64,000 bases of DNA, taken from positions 57,052,464 through 57,116,463 of the forward strand of contig NC_043011.1 in NCBI RefSeq assembly GCF_006345805.1, in the 5' to 3' direction. The position numbers were made by a program, and so were the translations under genes. The notes beneath the pieces are model-generated. The model was given only the letters and a program-made list of their open reading frames with translations. It had not been told where the DNA came from and did not search any database. Of the stretch, positions 26,547 to 40,308 are shown in pieces (positions within the stretch are counted from its first letter, which is position 1; every line of letters starts with the position of its first letter). This DNA comes from Octopus sinensis (taxonomy: Eukaryota).

Positions 26547-26890
26547 ATAATAATAATAATTGTGTACAGTGCTCAGGTGCACTACAACTCATCTAAAGTG
26601 TATATATAATCAGGTGTAGTTTCGACGGATTTCGGGAAGCATGAGGGCCTTAAAGGATGCAGTGTCATGGCAGTCAACAACTGATGCAGGCAGTTTATTC
26701 CACGCTTCAGCAACCCTGAGCGTGAAAAAATGTTTCCGAAAGTCATGGGAGCTGTGCTGTTTTCTGACTTTGTAGGCATGTCCACGTGTGTTAGACACAT
26801 GGAGATCAAAAAGGTGTTCAGTGTTGTTGTTGGTGAGGTGGTTGATAACTTTGTGGGTGTTTACCAAGTCCGTCGCCAGACGCCGGAGCT
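26547..26890 (-). mobile_element. CR1/L2-type LINE 3' fragment with (ATT)n tail
   Basis: NTRGHAYKVRKQHSSHDFRKHFFTLRVAEAWNKLPASVV is the typical CR1-clade ORF2 C-terminus; frame open, CpGs retained. Confidence 0.88.
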
Positions 26891-27164
26891 AAGGTAGCAG
26901 AAACAGGAAGAAGAAATTTAGACACAATAACCTGGTGCAGTCTTCTACCTGGCTGGCTCCTGTCAAACCGTCCAACCTATGCCAGCATGGAAGGTGGATC
27001 TTAAACGATGATGACACACAATATATACACCTTAGCCAAGGTTCTATGCCTCCTGATGCCTGGGTAATCTTTATCTTAAACAGTTTGTCTCTCCAAATTT
27101 TTATCTTGGTACCATAGCTAGTATTATGGTACATCACTGCATGATAATTTAAAAAATTTTATTT

Positions 27165-27408
27165 ACTGGCTTCCCTGCTGGTGGCACATAAAAAGCACCA
27201 ACCGATCATGGCCGTTGCCGGCCTCCCCTGGCACATAAAAAGCACCCACTACACTCACGGAGTGGTTGGCATTAGGAAAGGCATCCAGCTGTAGAAACAC
27301 TGCCAGATAAGACTGGAGCCTGATGCAGCCACATGGCTTCCCAGACCCTGGTCGAACCGTCCAACCCATGCTAGCATGGAAAACGGACGTTAAACGATGA
27401 TGATGATT
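27165..27408 (+). mobile_element. RTE LINE 3' UTR fragment
   Basis: ggcacataaaaagcacc units and ...catgctagcatggaaaacggacgttaaacgatgatgatg tail. Confidence 0.85.
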
Positions 27409-29163
27409 ATTATTATTATTGCAAAGCAACCGTGTCACCAATGCTGAAAGTATGCAGCCACAGAAGCTTGTTCAGCCTCGATAACTTCCTGGCTGGCAGC
27501 TCCTCTGGTCGGGTGTATTAATAACTGCTTCTAGGCAGTTGCCGCTCAAACCACTTGAAAATTTCCCTCAAAACACACCCTACCATCTTAGAAAAAGTGG
27601 GACACTTTGGATATTATACAATCATAAACACACCCCTATTTCAAAGACAGGCATGATGGTCATGTCTGCAACACCTCTGAACATAGGCCCACTTGATTAG
27701 GGGAGACCTGGGGCTAAACAACAGCAACACCTGTAAAATAGATCCCATGAATGGTAAAAGCCAGAATTCCTTCAAGCAGCCTCACTCCTGCAAGTTGTTG
27801 GATGTTGTTACTTCATCTCTATTTCCTGTATTCCAAACACACACGTTTAACATTATATATACACACAGACAGACAGACAGAGCTGCAACACTCTCTGTAT
27901 GAAAGTGAGCTTTGCATGTTTTAGACAGCAGTGAATAGTTAGCATTATGTCTGGAACTGACTCTCTTCCACTTGGCAGTCTCTTGACCTAATTACTTTTT
28001 CTAAATCCACAACCTCCTCCGCCTCTTATTCTTTCTTCTGCACAAAGGGGAACACACACCGACTGGTTAAGATGCTCCAAACAAACTACTTGGGCTAATA
28101 TTTTATGCATTTTCTTGCCTTTCTTTTAGCATGTAAGGAGAATTTCTGTTAAATTCATTAATAAATGCCATAAACCATGCAAGGTTTTAATGAAATTCAA
28201 AAACAACCATCATCTTTTTGACTTCCATTTTTCTATGATGGAATGTGTAGAGACAGATTTTCTATGAATGGGAGCTCTTCCTGTTGCCAACCCTCCCCTG
28301 TTTCTAAGCAAGTTATTATTTGCCCATGGCAAAGCACGTTTTCAAAGCAGATTGGAAATGACAGACACACACACACGGCTTCTTTCAGTTTCCATCAGCG
28401 AAATCTACTTCTAAAGCTTTGGTCAGCCAAGGGCTGAGACACTTGCTCAAGGTTCCACACTATGGAATTGAACCCAAGAGCAAATGATTGGTAGAATGCT
28501 TCTTACCCAAACAGTCACACCCGTGCCTTTGTTTTAATAGCTTACAATGGCAGAGAAAGGAGAAACTAAAGAATTCGCTGAAAATTTTTAACAAGCTATG
28601 ATTATGAGCATTTAAAGATATTAGATTTCCACTTAATTAGAGCTGATATAAGATATAAAATTATCTGAGAAAGAAATACTTATTTATTCTTGTTTTAAAA
28701 TACAGTTTTGGTAGAATTAAAGAATGAAGAAATGAAACAAAGAACTGCTGAGGTTAACCTTTCCACTGGAATTTCATGGTTAATCCAGTAACAAGGTTGA
28801 ATATCTACGAAAACTAGAATTGTTATTTTCTGCAAGTCATGTTGCCTGGATAAGTTTGACAGATCCCAACAGAAAATTGTTTTAAACATGGCATTCATTG
28901 ACAAAAGATAGTTTGGTATACAAAACAGCTTTCTGCTGTTCAGGGTAACGGAATTTCAAGTAGATACATCTTATTTCCAAAGTAAAAGGATTAAAAATAG
29001 AAAATTAAATTAGAGAACTGACAATAAAAGAAAACCCACCAAAAGGGGAAAAAAATAATAAAACAAGGGAAAGGAACTGGAGTGGGTGACCTCCCCATCA
29101 CTGCCAGGAATTTGGGGTGTAAAAATTGGAGACACTTGAAAATCAAGCAGACTATTATATAAT

Positions 29164-29371
29164 CTTTTCTATTCTAGGCACAAGGCCCGAAATTTGGGGG
29201 GAAGGGGCCAGTCGATTAGATCAATCCCAGTATGCAACTGGTACTTAATTTATCGACCCCAAAAGGATGAAAGTCGACCTCAGCGAAATTTGAACTCAGA
29301 ATGTGAAGACAGACGAAATAGCGCGAAGCATTTCATCTGGCGTGCTAACATTTGTGCCAGGTCGCTGCCTT
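29164..29371 (-). mobile_element. Meta-like tRNA SINE with 16-bp TSD
   Basis: TSD cagactattatataat at 29148-29163 and 29372-29387. Confidence 0.9.
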
Positions 29372-29831
29372 CAGACTATTATATAATGGGAATAAAATAT
29401 TTTAATCTATGTTATTTCTGTAGATAATCAGAAATTGTAAAAATAAAAGTGTTTTCATAAAACCCCGACCCCTCCACTTTTCATTGTTTCCTTTAATTTA
29501 AAGATAAAAAAATATTTACTTGAGATCCTTTACTTGTCTGGTGTTTACTGACACACGCTTGTACACAAACACACACAAATAACTTGTTTTAAATCTCTGA
29601 GCAAGAGAAATACCATAATAGTACCGAATAGCAATGTTTATATGCCAACAGAATGTATCATGTAGAGCGAGAGATGGGAGCGATGACCTCCCTTGCAAAT
29701 GCTATACGGACAGGAACTGTGTTGTTGATAGCTGGAAAAGATGTTTTCCTGGGGTCAAAACAACAGTAACACTGTCCTTTATAGGACTGCCACATTTTGT
29801 TGGCATATAAACATTACTATCTATCTATCTA

Positions 29832-29975
29832 TCATCATTTAATGTCCGTTTTCCATGCTAGCATAGGTTGGACGGTTCGACCGGGGGTCTGGGAAGCCAG
29901 GAGGCTGCACCGGGCTCCAGTCTGATCTGGCAGTGTTTCTACAGCTGGATGCCTTTCCTAACGCCAACCACTCTG
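29832..29975 (-). mobile_element. RTE LINE 3' end fragment
   Basis: Near-identical reverse complement of 27260-27400. Confidence 0.85.
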
Positions 29976-32900
29976 TGATATATATATATATATATATATC
30001 ATAGGTGCAGGCATTGCTGTGCACTTGAGAAGCTTGTTTCTGAACTATGTGGTCTTGGGTTCAGTCCCACTGTGTGACACCGTGGGCAAGTGTCTTCTAT
30101 TATAGCCTTGGGTCAAGCAAAGGCCTGTGAATGGATTTGGTAAAGCGCAAACTGAAAGAAGCCCATAGTGTGTGTGTGTGTGTTTGTGTTTGGTTATAAA
30201 ATTTTATAACTATTTATAAGAGTTTCATTCTGCCTTCACATCAACACTGTAATCTATTGAAAATGCTGGTAAATAGCAAACAAAAAGCAGAGGGCAAGTT
30301 ATGTTTGGCACCTGAAAGGAAGTTGGATAAACACGGAGTTCTAAGCTAAGAATAACTGTTATGCTGTGTCATTCAAAATAGAAACTTTTCGCTCCCTCTG
30401 TGTGTGTGTGTGTGTGTGTGTGTACGTACACAGAATCATCGACTAACATCTACTTTATGCTCCACCATTCTATCAAATCAACTTTTACATTCTCAGCTCT
30501 TTGGATACCAATCCAGCTGACACTATTTCTGGTTCCACGATACAAAGGATGGCCATTTTAAAGAGTTTCTCTTAATTCTATATAAAGACTTATTGTTACA
30601 TAATATCAAACACCAGTTGGATATAAAACAATTAAAAAAATTTGTTATTTTACTATTACCCTCCCAATTCTTGATTATCTTTTGGTAATTAATTAAAACT
30701 CAGCTTGTATATCTTGATAGAAATATGGTTGTAAAAGGGTTAAAGTCTTGTAAAAGCGTGGAAGAGACTCTGCAGTAAGAAATGATGGCTCAAGAAATTC
30801 TTGTTGGTGATATCAATCTGTCTAAAAAGAATTGATAGAAGGCAGAATTTGTGTAAAGATTATGAAAGAAGTGTGTCACGGATGACATCTTGACAGGTGA
30901 TATGAACAAGAGATGGAGTCAGGAGATAAGCCATTGCTGTGATCTGATGATGTGTGTTGTGGAGATGGTGGTAGATGTATCGTTGAGATACAGAAGACAG
31001 AAAAACAATTAGAAAACATGGAAAGTTGAAAACTGCTGGGGGGGGGTGTAGGAGGTATCTGTTGACATGTTTCAAGAGAGACAAAGTTGGGTTATATTTC
31101 TAAACGTTTAGAGGATATTTTAGAACTTTTGAGACACAAAGAAGCACAATTAGATGAAATGGAAAAGTTGAAAAATGCCAAGGGATATTGGGGGGGTTGG
31201 GTGTTCCTGACATGAAAGACTAAGGAAGAAGCAGTTGCAGACAAGAACCTTTGAATGGGAACTTTGGACGATGATGACGTCCATGACCACCACAACCACT
31301 GCATATTGAATGTATCGAAAATAATCATTATTACTATAAGCACGCCAAATAATGTGTGTGTGTGTGTGTCCTTGTCTTGACATCACTCAATAGTTGTAAA
31401 TGAGCATCATAAAAACGGTGTTCTTTGTTTCCAGTCTTCTGTTAAAGACCATGCAAGAAATTGCAAGCGGAATGGTAAAAACATCCCAACCAATCATCTC
31501 AATAAAACTTATGAACCACATTAACTAGGATGGTGATCATTTTCATTTTAATGCCCACGTTTCCATACCTGTACAGGTCAAACAGAATTCACTGAGATTG
31601 ATCTCCTACGGCCAGATACCACAACCCTTTTGTTAAGCCCTATTTGCAAGCAAGGCATTACTTCCCTGTATGATGGACATGTTTCCACGGAAGTTTGGAA
31701 GTAAAGGGCACTGCTGGAATGATGTCAAGGGGACATATAAATAAACACACAGAAAATAGGCTTCTTTCAGTTTCTGCCTGCCAAATTCACTGACAAGGAT
31801 TTGGTGAATCTGGGGTTCACTGGCCATGCAGAGAGACTGAACCTGAAACCCTTAATCACACAGTCATGCCTACGCAGCTCAACGAATGAGCTGCGTGAGT
31901 GTCCTTCACTTTAATTCTCAACTATGAAGTTGATATAAAAAAAGTTGTTTGTCAACGCAATTGACAAACAAGGAGACACGAAGCTACAAAAATAGTTTCA
32001 ACTCTAGACAAACATCAATTAAGATTGTGTGAGAAAAGAAAGCAAAGCTAGGAGGGTGGGGGAAAATAAAGCACGAAAAATTGAAAGGAAATGGAAATTG
32101 CGCAGTCATATACATGTGGGTGGGTGTGAGAGTAACACAGGAACAGAAGTTAGTAATTTTTTTTTAATCTTCTGTGACTACATGTCTGGCCATGGAAATG
32201 TTGCCTTGGAAACAGGATGAGCATCCAGCCATAGGGAATCTGCCTTCACAAATTCTGTTTAAACCAGCCATATCTGGCCCAGATATTCTACATGTTTTAT
32301 ATTCAAACTGGCCAGATCCAGCCTCTCACACCTACCCCACAGTGACATTCTTAAAATAAACAATCACGTCATTGAAATCTCAAAGCTCCAAAATAAAGCA
32401 AGATGAGTGAAAAAGTTTTAAGAGAGTAATCTGAACACTAAAGGGTTAATGTACGCAAGCATGGGAAAACGGATGATAAAATGATGCAACAGTGTGTGAG
32501 TAATAAAAAATTTAGGCCGAGGAAAAAGTAGCAGAGACTTGTTTGCAAGTGTGAACAAGTAGTCAGTCCATGACGAGTGACTGAAAATATTAATGACGAT
32601 CAGAGAGGACCAAATGAGAGACTATAAATGAAAAGTAGTCAAAAATTTATGGATTTTTCCCGTTGGAGGTCAATTGTGCTACTCAGGCTGTTGTTGTTAT
32701 TAAAGTCTCGTTCACTACCGGTCAAACAAAGCTAGGATGAACTGCATTAAAGCCATCGTCTGTTTTTTTAAAGAAAATACAGGAATACATTATATAATGT
32801 GTCCCTCCTTTTTGAACCAGATGGATGTGATTTAATGGAAATTTATTTGCTATTTTTAGCCGGTTGGGTAACTCCAGAAGTTCATTCACTGGATTCTGTG

Positions 32901-33702
32901 ACAAGGCCAAAGTGAAACGATTGTTGATAGACTCTGAGATGGAAAGCAAATATTTATGAAGTTGTGGATATGATGTGTCTGGTGACCGATGTATATTCTC
33001 TTTGTATGATCTTTTAGCTTTTGCCTCAGCCACTGGACTGCAGCCATGCTGGAGCACTGCACAGAATGGCTTTAGTCAACCATCAGTACTTCTTTTATTT
33101 TTTTTGAGTTTAGTACTTATTCTGTCAGTCTTTTTTGCTAGACTGGCAAGTTGTGGGGATGTAAACAAACCAACACTGGTCACCACATTATGTGCATGTG
33201 TATAAGGTGTGTACTAAACACACATGGGCTTCCATACAGTTTCTACCTACCAAATTCACTCACAAGGCATTGGCTAGCCAAAGACTACAGTTGAAGACAC
33301 TTGTCCATAGTGTTGTGCAGTGAGATGGAACCTGAGACCATATGGTTGCAAAGCGAGTTTCCTACCGGCCCCCTCCCTCAGCCACACTTGTGTCCACATG
33401 TAATACCTGTGTGTATTACTGGTACAATACTTGTATGGCGTGTATTACCTACAACATTGAATTGTTACATAGAGAGATGTGTGTGTGACTGTCATGTGTC
33501 ACTTGTTGCAGTCATTAGACTGTGGCCATGCTGGAGCACTGCCTTGGAGATTTTTTTTTTTTTTTTACAGCCTGGTACTTCTTTCTATCAGTACTTTTGC
33601 CAAACCGCTAAGTCATGGAGACATAAATAAACTGACATCAGTTGTCCAATGGTGGCAGGGGACAAACACAGACACATGCTTATAATTATATATATATATA
33701 TA

Positions 33703-34025
33703 TGTGACTGGATTTTGTATCCAGAAGATCCAAAACGCAGGTAAGGCTATGTAAGTGCTACAGAGGGACCACTATTAGACTCCTGGTTTAATAATAGGAG
33801 GGAAGAGTCTTAGGCGGGTCGTGTGTGAGCGTGTTTTTTTTTATTCTCATATTTCCCTTTATACTTCTTATATTGAACTCTAATTCCTTCTGTTGAAACT
33901 CTCTTAACTCATCTCTGATGATGGAATATCATTTATTTCCCAGAAACAGCCGTAAGACCACATTTCTCTCTATAAATGGCCCAGGCATATCAAATTGCCT
34001 TGGCCTTGTTATCTTATTTTATTTA
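33703..34025 (+). mobile_element. Putative Penelope-like terminal-repeat fragment nested in a CORE-like SINE
   Basis: Unrelated sequence splitting a minus-strand SINE (tail about 33500-33680, head about 34045-34172) at its central microsatellite; contains a minimal hammerhead motif. Confidence 0.55.
33912..33957 (+). ncRNA. Minimal type I hammerhead ribozyme motif
   Basis: tct-CTGATGA-tggaa...ttccca-GAAA-cagccg-TA-aga: stem I tct/aga, bulged stem II, near-palindromic stem III ACAGCCGT. Confidence 0.65.
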
Positions 34026-34864
34026 ACACACACACACACATATATGACAAGTCTCTTTCAGTCTACCAAATCCACTAACACGGCTTAGATCAGCCCAAGG
34101 TGCCATGCAGTGGGACTGAACTCAGAACCTTGTGGTTGGGAAGCAAACTTCTTACCACATGGCCACACACCTGCCATGAAAAGTTGTTGGGTCATAAATG
34201 GTGAGACTTGTTGATATTGCCTGTCAGCAAATCCTCCACTAACTCTGTACTTTCAAAAGGTGTAGAACAAAATATTCTTTACTTGGAAAATAGGTAAGGA
34301 TGAAGAACAGAAGGGCACCTGACCGTAAAGCAACACCTTAATAACATGTATTCATCCAACTCCTGCTGGCACGGAAACATGGATGTAAATTGGATGAATG
34401 AATTTCTCTGTGAAAGATTTAACAGCTTCCAATGTGTAAACTACTGCAATGCAATATTGCTATTAGAATGGCAGTTTGCAAACAACTTCTCTCTTTTGAG
34501 TGTATATTTACAATTAATAGTGTTTTGATTGGGTGAATCTCAATCGAGACTAGTTTGAATCCAGTCGGAAGATAATGTAAATATATTGGAAGGAATAAGA
34601 GTTAGAGACCAAACCAGGTGAAACATGGTGTTATGGTAAATATTGTAGATAAACACTCTAAAGATGAGGTTAATAGCCTGAAAAATTGCCACCTTTAATG
34701 ATTGCGTTCGTTATGAACACAACTGAAATGTATTAGAATACAGAAATATATTATATTCTGGACATTTTCACAAAGTAAATGTTTGTTGGTTGCATGATTG
34801 CACTCCCAATTGTGAGAACAAATCAATATTACTGGGACTTCATATCCAGCTATGAGGTGAATAA

Positions 34865-34903
<39 letters not shown>

Positions 34904-34904
<1 letters not shown>

Positions 34905-35110
34905 GGTAGTAAGCTGGCAGAATCGTTAGCATGCCGGGTGTAATACTTAGTGGCATTTAGTTTGTCTTTACGTTTTGAGTTCAAATTCTGCTGAGGTTGA
35001 TTTTGCTTTTCGTCCTTTTTGGGGTCAATAAATTAAGTACCAGTCGAGTAAGTACTGGGGTTGATGCAATCAACTTCCCTCTTCCTTCAAAAACCACTAG
35101 CCCTAAGCCA
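34904..35110 (+). mobile_element. Meta-like tRNA SINE preceded by (TTA)n
   Basis: aagctggcagaatcgttagca..gagttcaaattctg..aaattaagtaccag. Confidence 0.8.
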
Positions 35111-35389
35111 AAATCTTTCCCCGACCCCCGGTACTTATTCGCCTTCTTTTATAGTTCTTCATGTTTTTTAGTTGTGGGCGGGGGGGGGGCATGTCTTTCT
35201 TCAGGCATGTTTAACGTTTTCTCTACAAACTACAAACGAGCCACCACTTCCCTTTTTTTCATAAAAAAGTAACACAAATTTTGAATGGGGTATAGCTGTG
35301 AAAAGAGCCCAGAAAATTGGTTAATACCCCCTACAAAATAGGTGGGGGGAGAAAAGGTGGCTACACAAAATCCAATTCTAGACTTTAAA

Positions 35390-35469
35390 GAATGTTTTCT
35401 ACTATAGCCTCTGGCTGACCAAAGCCTCATGAATGAATTTGGTAGACAGAAATTGGTGGAACAAGCCCG

Positions 35470-35528
<59 letters not shown>

Positions 35529-35752
35529 ATATATTATATTTTTATGTGTGTATGTTTGTCCCACCACCATTGTTTGACAACCAATGTTGGTGTGTTTGCA
35601 TTCCCATAACTTAGTTGTTCAGCAGAAGAGACTGATAGAATAAGCACCAGGCTTACAGGGAATAAATCCAGGGGTCGATTTCTTTGACTACCAGGCAGTA
35701 CTCCAGCATGGCCACAATCAAATGTCTGAAACAAGTAAAAGAATAAAAGAAT
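35390..35752 (+). mobile_element. CORE-like SINE (5' truncated) with expanded internal (TA)n
   Basis: ctactatagcc..gaccaaagcc..(TA)n..ccagcatggccaca.tcaaatg.ctgaaacaagtaaaagaataaaaga. Confidence 0.8.
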
Positions 35753-36054
35753 ACCAGAAGAATGTTCCGTACTGCTAAACCCAAGAGGGTTCTCTGAATA
35801 TGTATGATGTATTTTAAGGCCAAATAGTAATTCTGTTTATGTTTGCATAACTGAGATGTTTGGGTTGGATCAGAGAGTTATCCGTTTCACAATTCTTTCT
35901 ATATTCTGCAACTGTCACAATATAGAAACAGTTCTCCAAGGCACCAGCACACAATTTACAGTTGCTTACATTTCTTATGTCTTCCATTAATTTTTCATGT
36001 GTCTAGCTAATTATTATTATTATTATTATTATTATTATCATCATCATTATTAAG

Positions 36055-36412
36055 GCATCGAAATCGAATTGAACCAGCCAGGATCCCTGGTCTGGTGGTA
36101 CGGAAAAAGCACTATCCGACTCGTGGCCGATGCCAGCACCGCCTCGACTGGCTTCCGTGCCGGTGGCACGTAAAAAACACCAATCCGACCGTGGCCGTTG
36201 CCAGCCTCGCCTGGCACCTGTGCAGGTGGCACGTAAAAAGCACCCACTACACTCATGGAGTGGTTGGCATTAGGAAGGGCATCCAGCTGTAGAAACACTG
36301 CCAGATCAGACTGGAGCCTGGAGCAGCCTTCTGGGGATCTTCCCAGATCCCCGGTCGAACCGTCCAACCCATGCTTGCATGGAGAACGGACGTTAAACGA
36401 TGATGATGATGA
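36055..36412 (+). mobile_element. Young RTE LINE 3' UTR fragment, followed by a Meta-like SINE (36418-36637)
   Basis: CpG-rich tandem ggtggcacgtaaaaa(g)cacc units and ggacgttaaacgatgatgatg tail. Confidence 0.85.
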
Positions 36413-37439
36413 TTATTAAGGCAGTGAGCTGGCAGAGACGTTAGCACGCTGGACAAAGTGCTTAGCAGTATTTCGCCTGTCGCTACTTCCTGAGCTCAAA
36501 TCCTGCCATGGTCGACTTCACCTTCCATCCTTTCAGGGTTGATAAAATTAAGTATCAGTTGTGTACTGGGGTCGATCTAATTGACTAGCCCCCTGCCCTC
36601 CCCCAGAATTTCAGGCCCTGTGCCTATCGTAGAAAGAAAGGATTATTATTATTTTTATTATTATTCTACTTGTTGCAATCTAAGTAAAATATGCAAAAAA
36701 TTAGAAGCATTAAGATTTAAATATCAACCAGCTCCAAAACTCCCCTACTTTTATTATTTAAAAAGGGTCTCCCACTAATTTCTATGTTGAGGAGATCAAG
36801 GTGAAAGAAGAACTAGAAATTAAATGCCTTTTAGCATTCATTTAAGCTCTTTTTCTTTCTTTCTCCTTTTTGTTCATGTTCTGACTCCAGATTCCATTTG
36901 ACATTTGTCCCTGGCTATTGATAAAAATAGGGTACCACTTTTTTTGCTTTGATCTAATCAATCAAATTGGTCCTTTCCTTTACAGGAAAAAATGTTTTAT
37001 GCCAAATCATAAGAAATCAATAACAGACTTCTACACCACCACAATGATTATGATGACTTTTGCTTTTCCAAACTAGCATGGGCTGGACAGGGCATCATGG
37101 AAAGAGTTGCATCTTAATTGCCGTCATACTGCTCTCCTTATGGACAAAAAAAAAAAAAAACCCCTGAAAACCATGTCTTGTATACACATTCCATTCTTTT
37201 TAAAGGTTCATTTTTGACAGCTGGGGGTGCCTTTCCTATCATCTCTAATCCCTCCCCCCCGTCCCCATTTTTTTGTCTCTATTTGTTCATCAACCACTTT
37301 GAAGGGTGCACTAGGTTACGGGATGCAGCTTATTGTGGCACCAGTGCTTGAGAGGTTGTCTTGTCTCTGGCCTTGCTGGGCTCCACCATCAAAAAATTGG
37401 GGGGAAAAAAAAAAAAAGGTGAGATTTTTCTTTTTGTTG

Positions 37440-37825
37440 GACTGTGTGGTTAAAAGCTTGCTTTCCAAGCACATGGTTTTGGGTTCAGCCCCACTGTACG
37501 GCACCTTGAACAAGTGTCTTCTATATAGCCCCAGGCTGACTAATGCCTTATCAATGAATTTGGGTGATGGAAACTGTGCAGAAGTTTGTCATATGTATAT
37601 ATGTATGTGTGCACGTGTGTGTGCGCCTCCTCCTCCAACAACCTGACAACCAGTGTTGGTTTGTTTACATCCCTGTAACCTAGTGGCTTTGGCTAGAGTT
37701 CAACAAAATAAATATTAGACTTGAAAAAATTAGCAGTGGAGTAATTTGTTTGACTGAACCTTTGCCAACGGTGCTCCAGCATGGCCACAGTTCAATGACC
37801 GAAACAAGTAGAAGATAAAATAGAA
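37440..37825 (+). mobile_element. Near full-length CORE-like tRNA SINE
   Basis: From ctgtgtggttaaaagcttgc..gggttcagccccactg..ggcaccttgaacaagtgtctt to gaaacaagtagaaga. Confidence 0.8.
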
Positions 37826-38385
37826 AAAGATAGAAAATAATTGTTCATATTCATTCTTTCTTCGCCATGGGGATTGGACAAATTGGAAAAAATAATAAAA
37901 ACCATCTTAATTTATGAAACAAAATTGCTTATCAAATTTGATGGCATAAAAAGATGCAAGGACCTATTAGCTGCATCTCAATTCCAGTAGCCACACATTT
38001 GGGGGTCAGACACAGAATTCTCTTATGAGAGGTCCAGATTCACATATAGAATAAGGGGTGATCTTCAGAGACATCTTTTTTTTTGAAAACAAGTGCATCT
38101 TGTATGCCCTCAAATATGCTAATTGGCAATTTTTATGCCCTTTTTTCCACCCCACCCCCATAGTCCCAACACTCCCTGTAAAATACAAAGAATGAACTAA
38201 AGGGTCTTTTCTACTCTACATTATATTTCCATTCATTCTGTAGCACCAATGGGTTATCCTGTTCCTAGCAGATAGGAGAGGGTGATGAAAGAGAACCAGA
38301 AAGAGAGGGTCATTAAGAAGTAGCTACATGGTGATATCCCCGGTTCATTAAACTCAATCAGGGTAAAGTTATGGAATAAACTTAC

Positions 38386-38622
38386 CATTTGGTAATGATA
38401 TATTGGCTCCATCAACGATGGCTTGAGCTAGTGAATGGTCTCCGGTTTCCAGAGCATATGCAGCAGCTTTAAGTGCATCCCAGATCTCTTTTCTGCCTTC
38501 AAATGCAGGGGCTGTGTCCCAGAATTCATCTCTTTTACTTCTGAGCTGTCCTTCAGTCAATGGAACATCACTTTTCCATTTAGGTTTCTCTGGTTTCAGG
38601 GGTTGGTTTCGTCCAATAGAAA
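38386..38622 (-). CDS. UBTD2: UBTD1/UBTD2 family exon 2 (N-terminal ubiquitin-binding domain), 237 nt, phase 1-1
   Basis: [54 protein letters not shown]...[12 protein letters not shown]; acceptor ttccag, donor gtaag; joins the next exon in frame as G|GT. Confidence 0.95.
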
Positions 38623-40095
38623 CTGGAAACAAAAGAGGGGGAAAAAACAGTTTAGTCAGAGCAGGGGATAAGATCAATGCATATTGTGTTTTGTGATTTC
38701 TGGACACAGGCTGAATATATATATTGAAAAATATAAAATAAATAACGAAAAGTAAAGAACAAAATTGTATAACATACAAATAAATACATTTCTAAAGCAG
38801 GACCTGTTTGGTCTGACGTTGTATGACGCATGTGTCATGGAAGCCAATACAAAGCGGCGGTGAACTGCTACAGTCCACAAAACTCAAAGCTAACCAGTTT
38901 CAAAAATAGCTGGATTTCTGAATTCCGGATAAGAGGTTTGGTACCTCCAAATACATTTTGTCCCAATGCTCTGCCATTCCATCATTGTCGAAATAAATTA
39001 CGAGAAGCAGCAATGGGATTTGGGAGGTGAAGGCTTCCAAAATCTCAGCTGATCATTCTTCTGAGTTTCAATGAAGAAACCATTTTGAAAAACCATAAAT
39101 CAAATATTTTAAAGAATCTTTTGGAACCATATTTAGAAGAAAATAAATTCCATTGAAAAGGAAGTTACAGACTAATGACTTCATTAAATTTTGATTAACA
39201 TACAGAAGTCGAAGTGGCTGAATGTATAAAACATTGAACTATTATTTATCCACACTGATATGAGATGGATGGTTTGACAGGATCCACGGGGTCATGTTCC
39301 ACTGTCTGCTTTCTATGGCTGAATGCCCTTCCTAATGCCAACCACTTCACAGTATATACTGGGTGACCTTTTTCATGCCATCAGCATTAGAGAGGCCATT
39401 GAAATTAATTGAAACAAAGGCAGTGTATTCCAATAGAAAAACGGTAAGAAAAGGGTTAATTCAAGGCTGGCTTAATCAGGGCTAATCCTGAGTTAAACAA
39501 CAACAACAAAACCAAAGCAAAACAACTTCCCAATGAGTTCCTTGGGTCGACTGCAAATTCAAATATTATTTTCTGAAAATATTGACTTTCTGTTTTATGC
39601 ACTTTTTTTGGTAATGGAATAATAGGTTAAAAAGATATCTTGTCTGTTTGAAGTATTTATTTATTATTTATAGCAGTTTTAAAAGATATAATAGCCACAA
39701 GGTCAGGCTATTAGATAGCAGATCACATGATTAAGTGGTAAAATCTTATTATTACTATCGACGTCATCTCCCCTTGTGTGTTGTGCTATTAGGCAATGGA
39801 CAATAACCTGTCTTGTTTCAGCTTGCTTTAAATGGAAACAGGGTCAGCACCCTATATCTTGACAGTGTTGAAGTTTGAGAAGCCTATCTCGTAGAAAAAT
39901 CAATTATCTCGGAAATATCCAAAAATAAAAATAGAAACTTGAAGAGGAGGAAAGCTGTAAAAATAATTCAACAATAACATGAACTCAACTCTAGATTGCA
40001 CAGACTTACATAAATGAAACGTTTAACAGCCTCCGACTCGATTTGTTTTTAGACACTTTTGTAGGACTCACATTATCAAATGTCTCCATCCCCTT

Positions 40096-40308
40096 TTAAC
40101 GCTTTCAATACCAAACCGGCTGAAACCGGCTCTGTAGTACAAATGTCTTGTTTTCAAAAGCTCTGAATCAAAATCTTCCACCAAACCTTATGTTCCTAAC
40201 ACTAGCTTCATGATAATGAAGCTATTTTACTAAATTCTTTATTATGTTTAAAATTAATTGAATGAAACAGAAAGCATCTCGAAAGAAATATGGTAACGAA
40301 AAGGTTAA
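40096..40308. mobile_element. TTAA MITE copy
   Basis: TTAA..ggctgaaaccggctctgtagtacaaatgtcttg..ggtaacgaaaagg-TTAA; matches the 26303 copy. Confidence 0.85.

Noticed and set aside
30193-30210. Perfect 18-bp palindrome gttataaaattttataac
   Set aside because: Low-complexity AT sequence, plausible by chance in this composition
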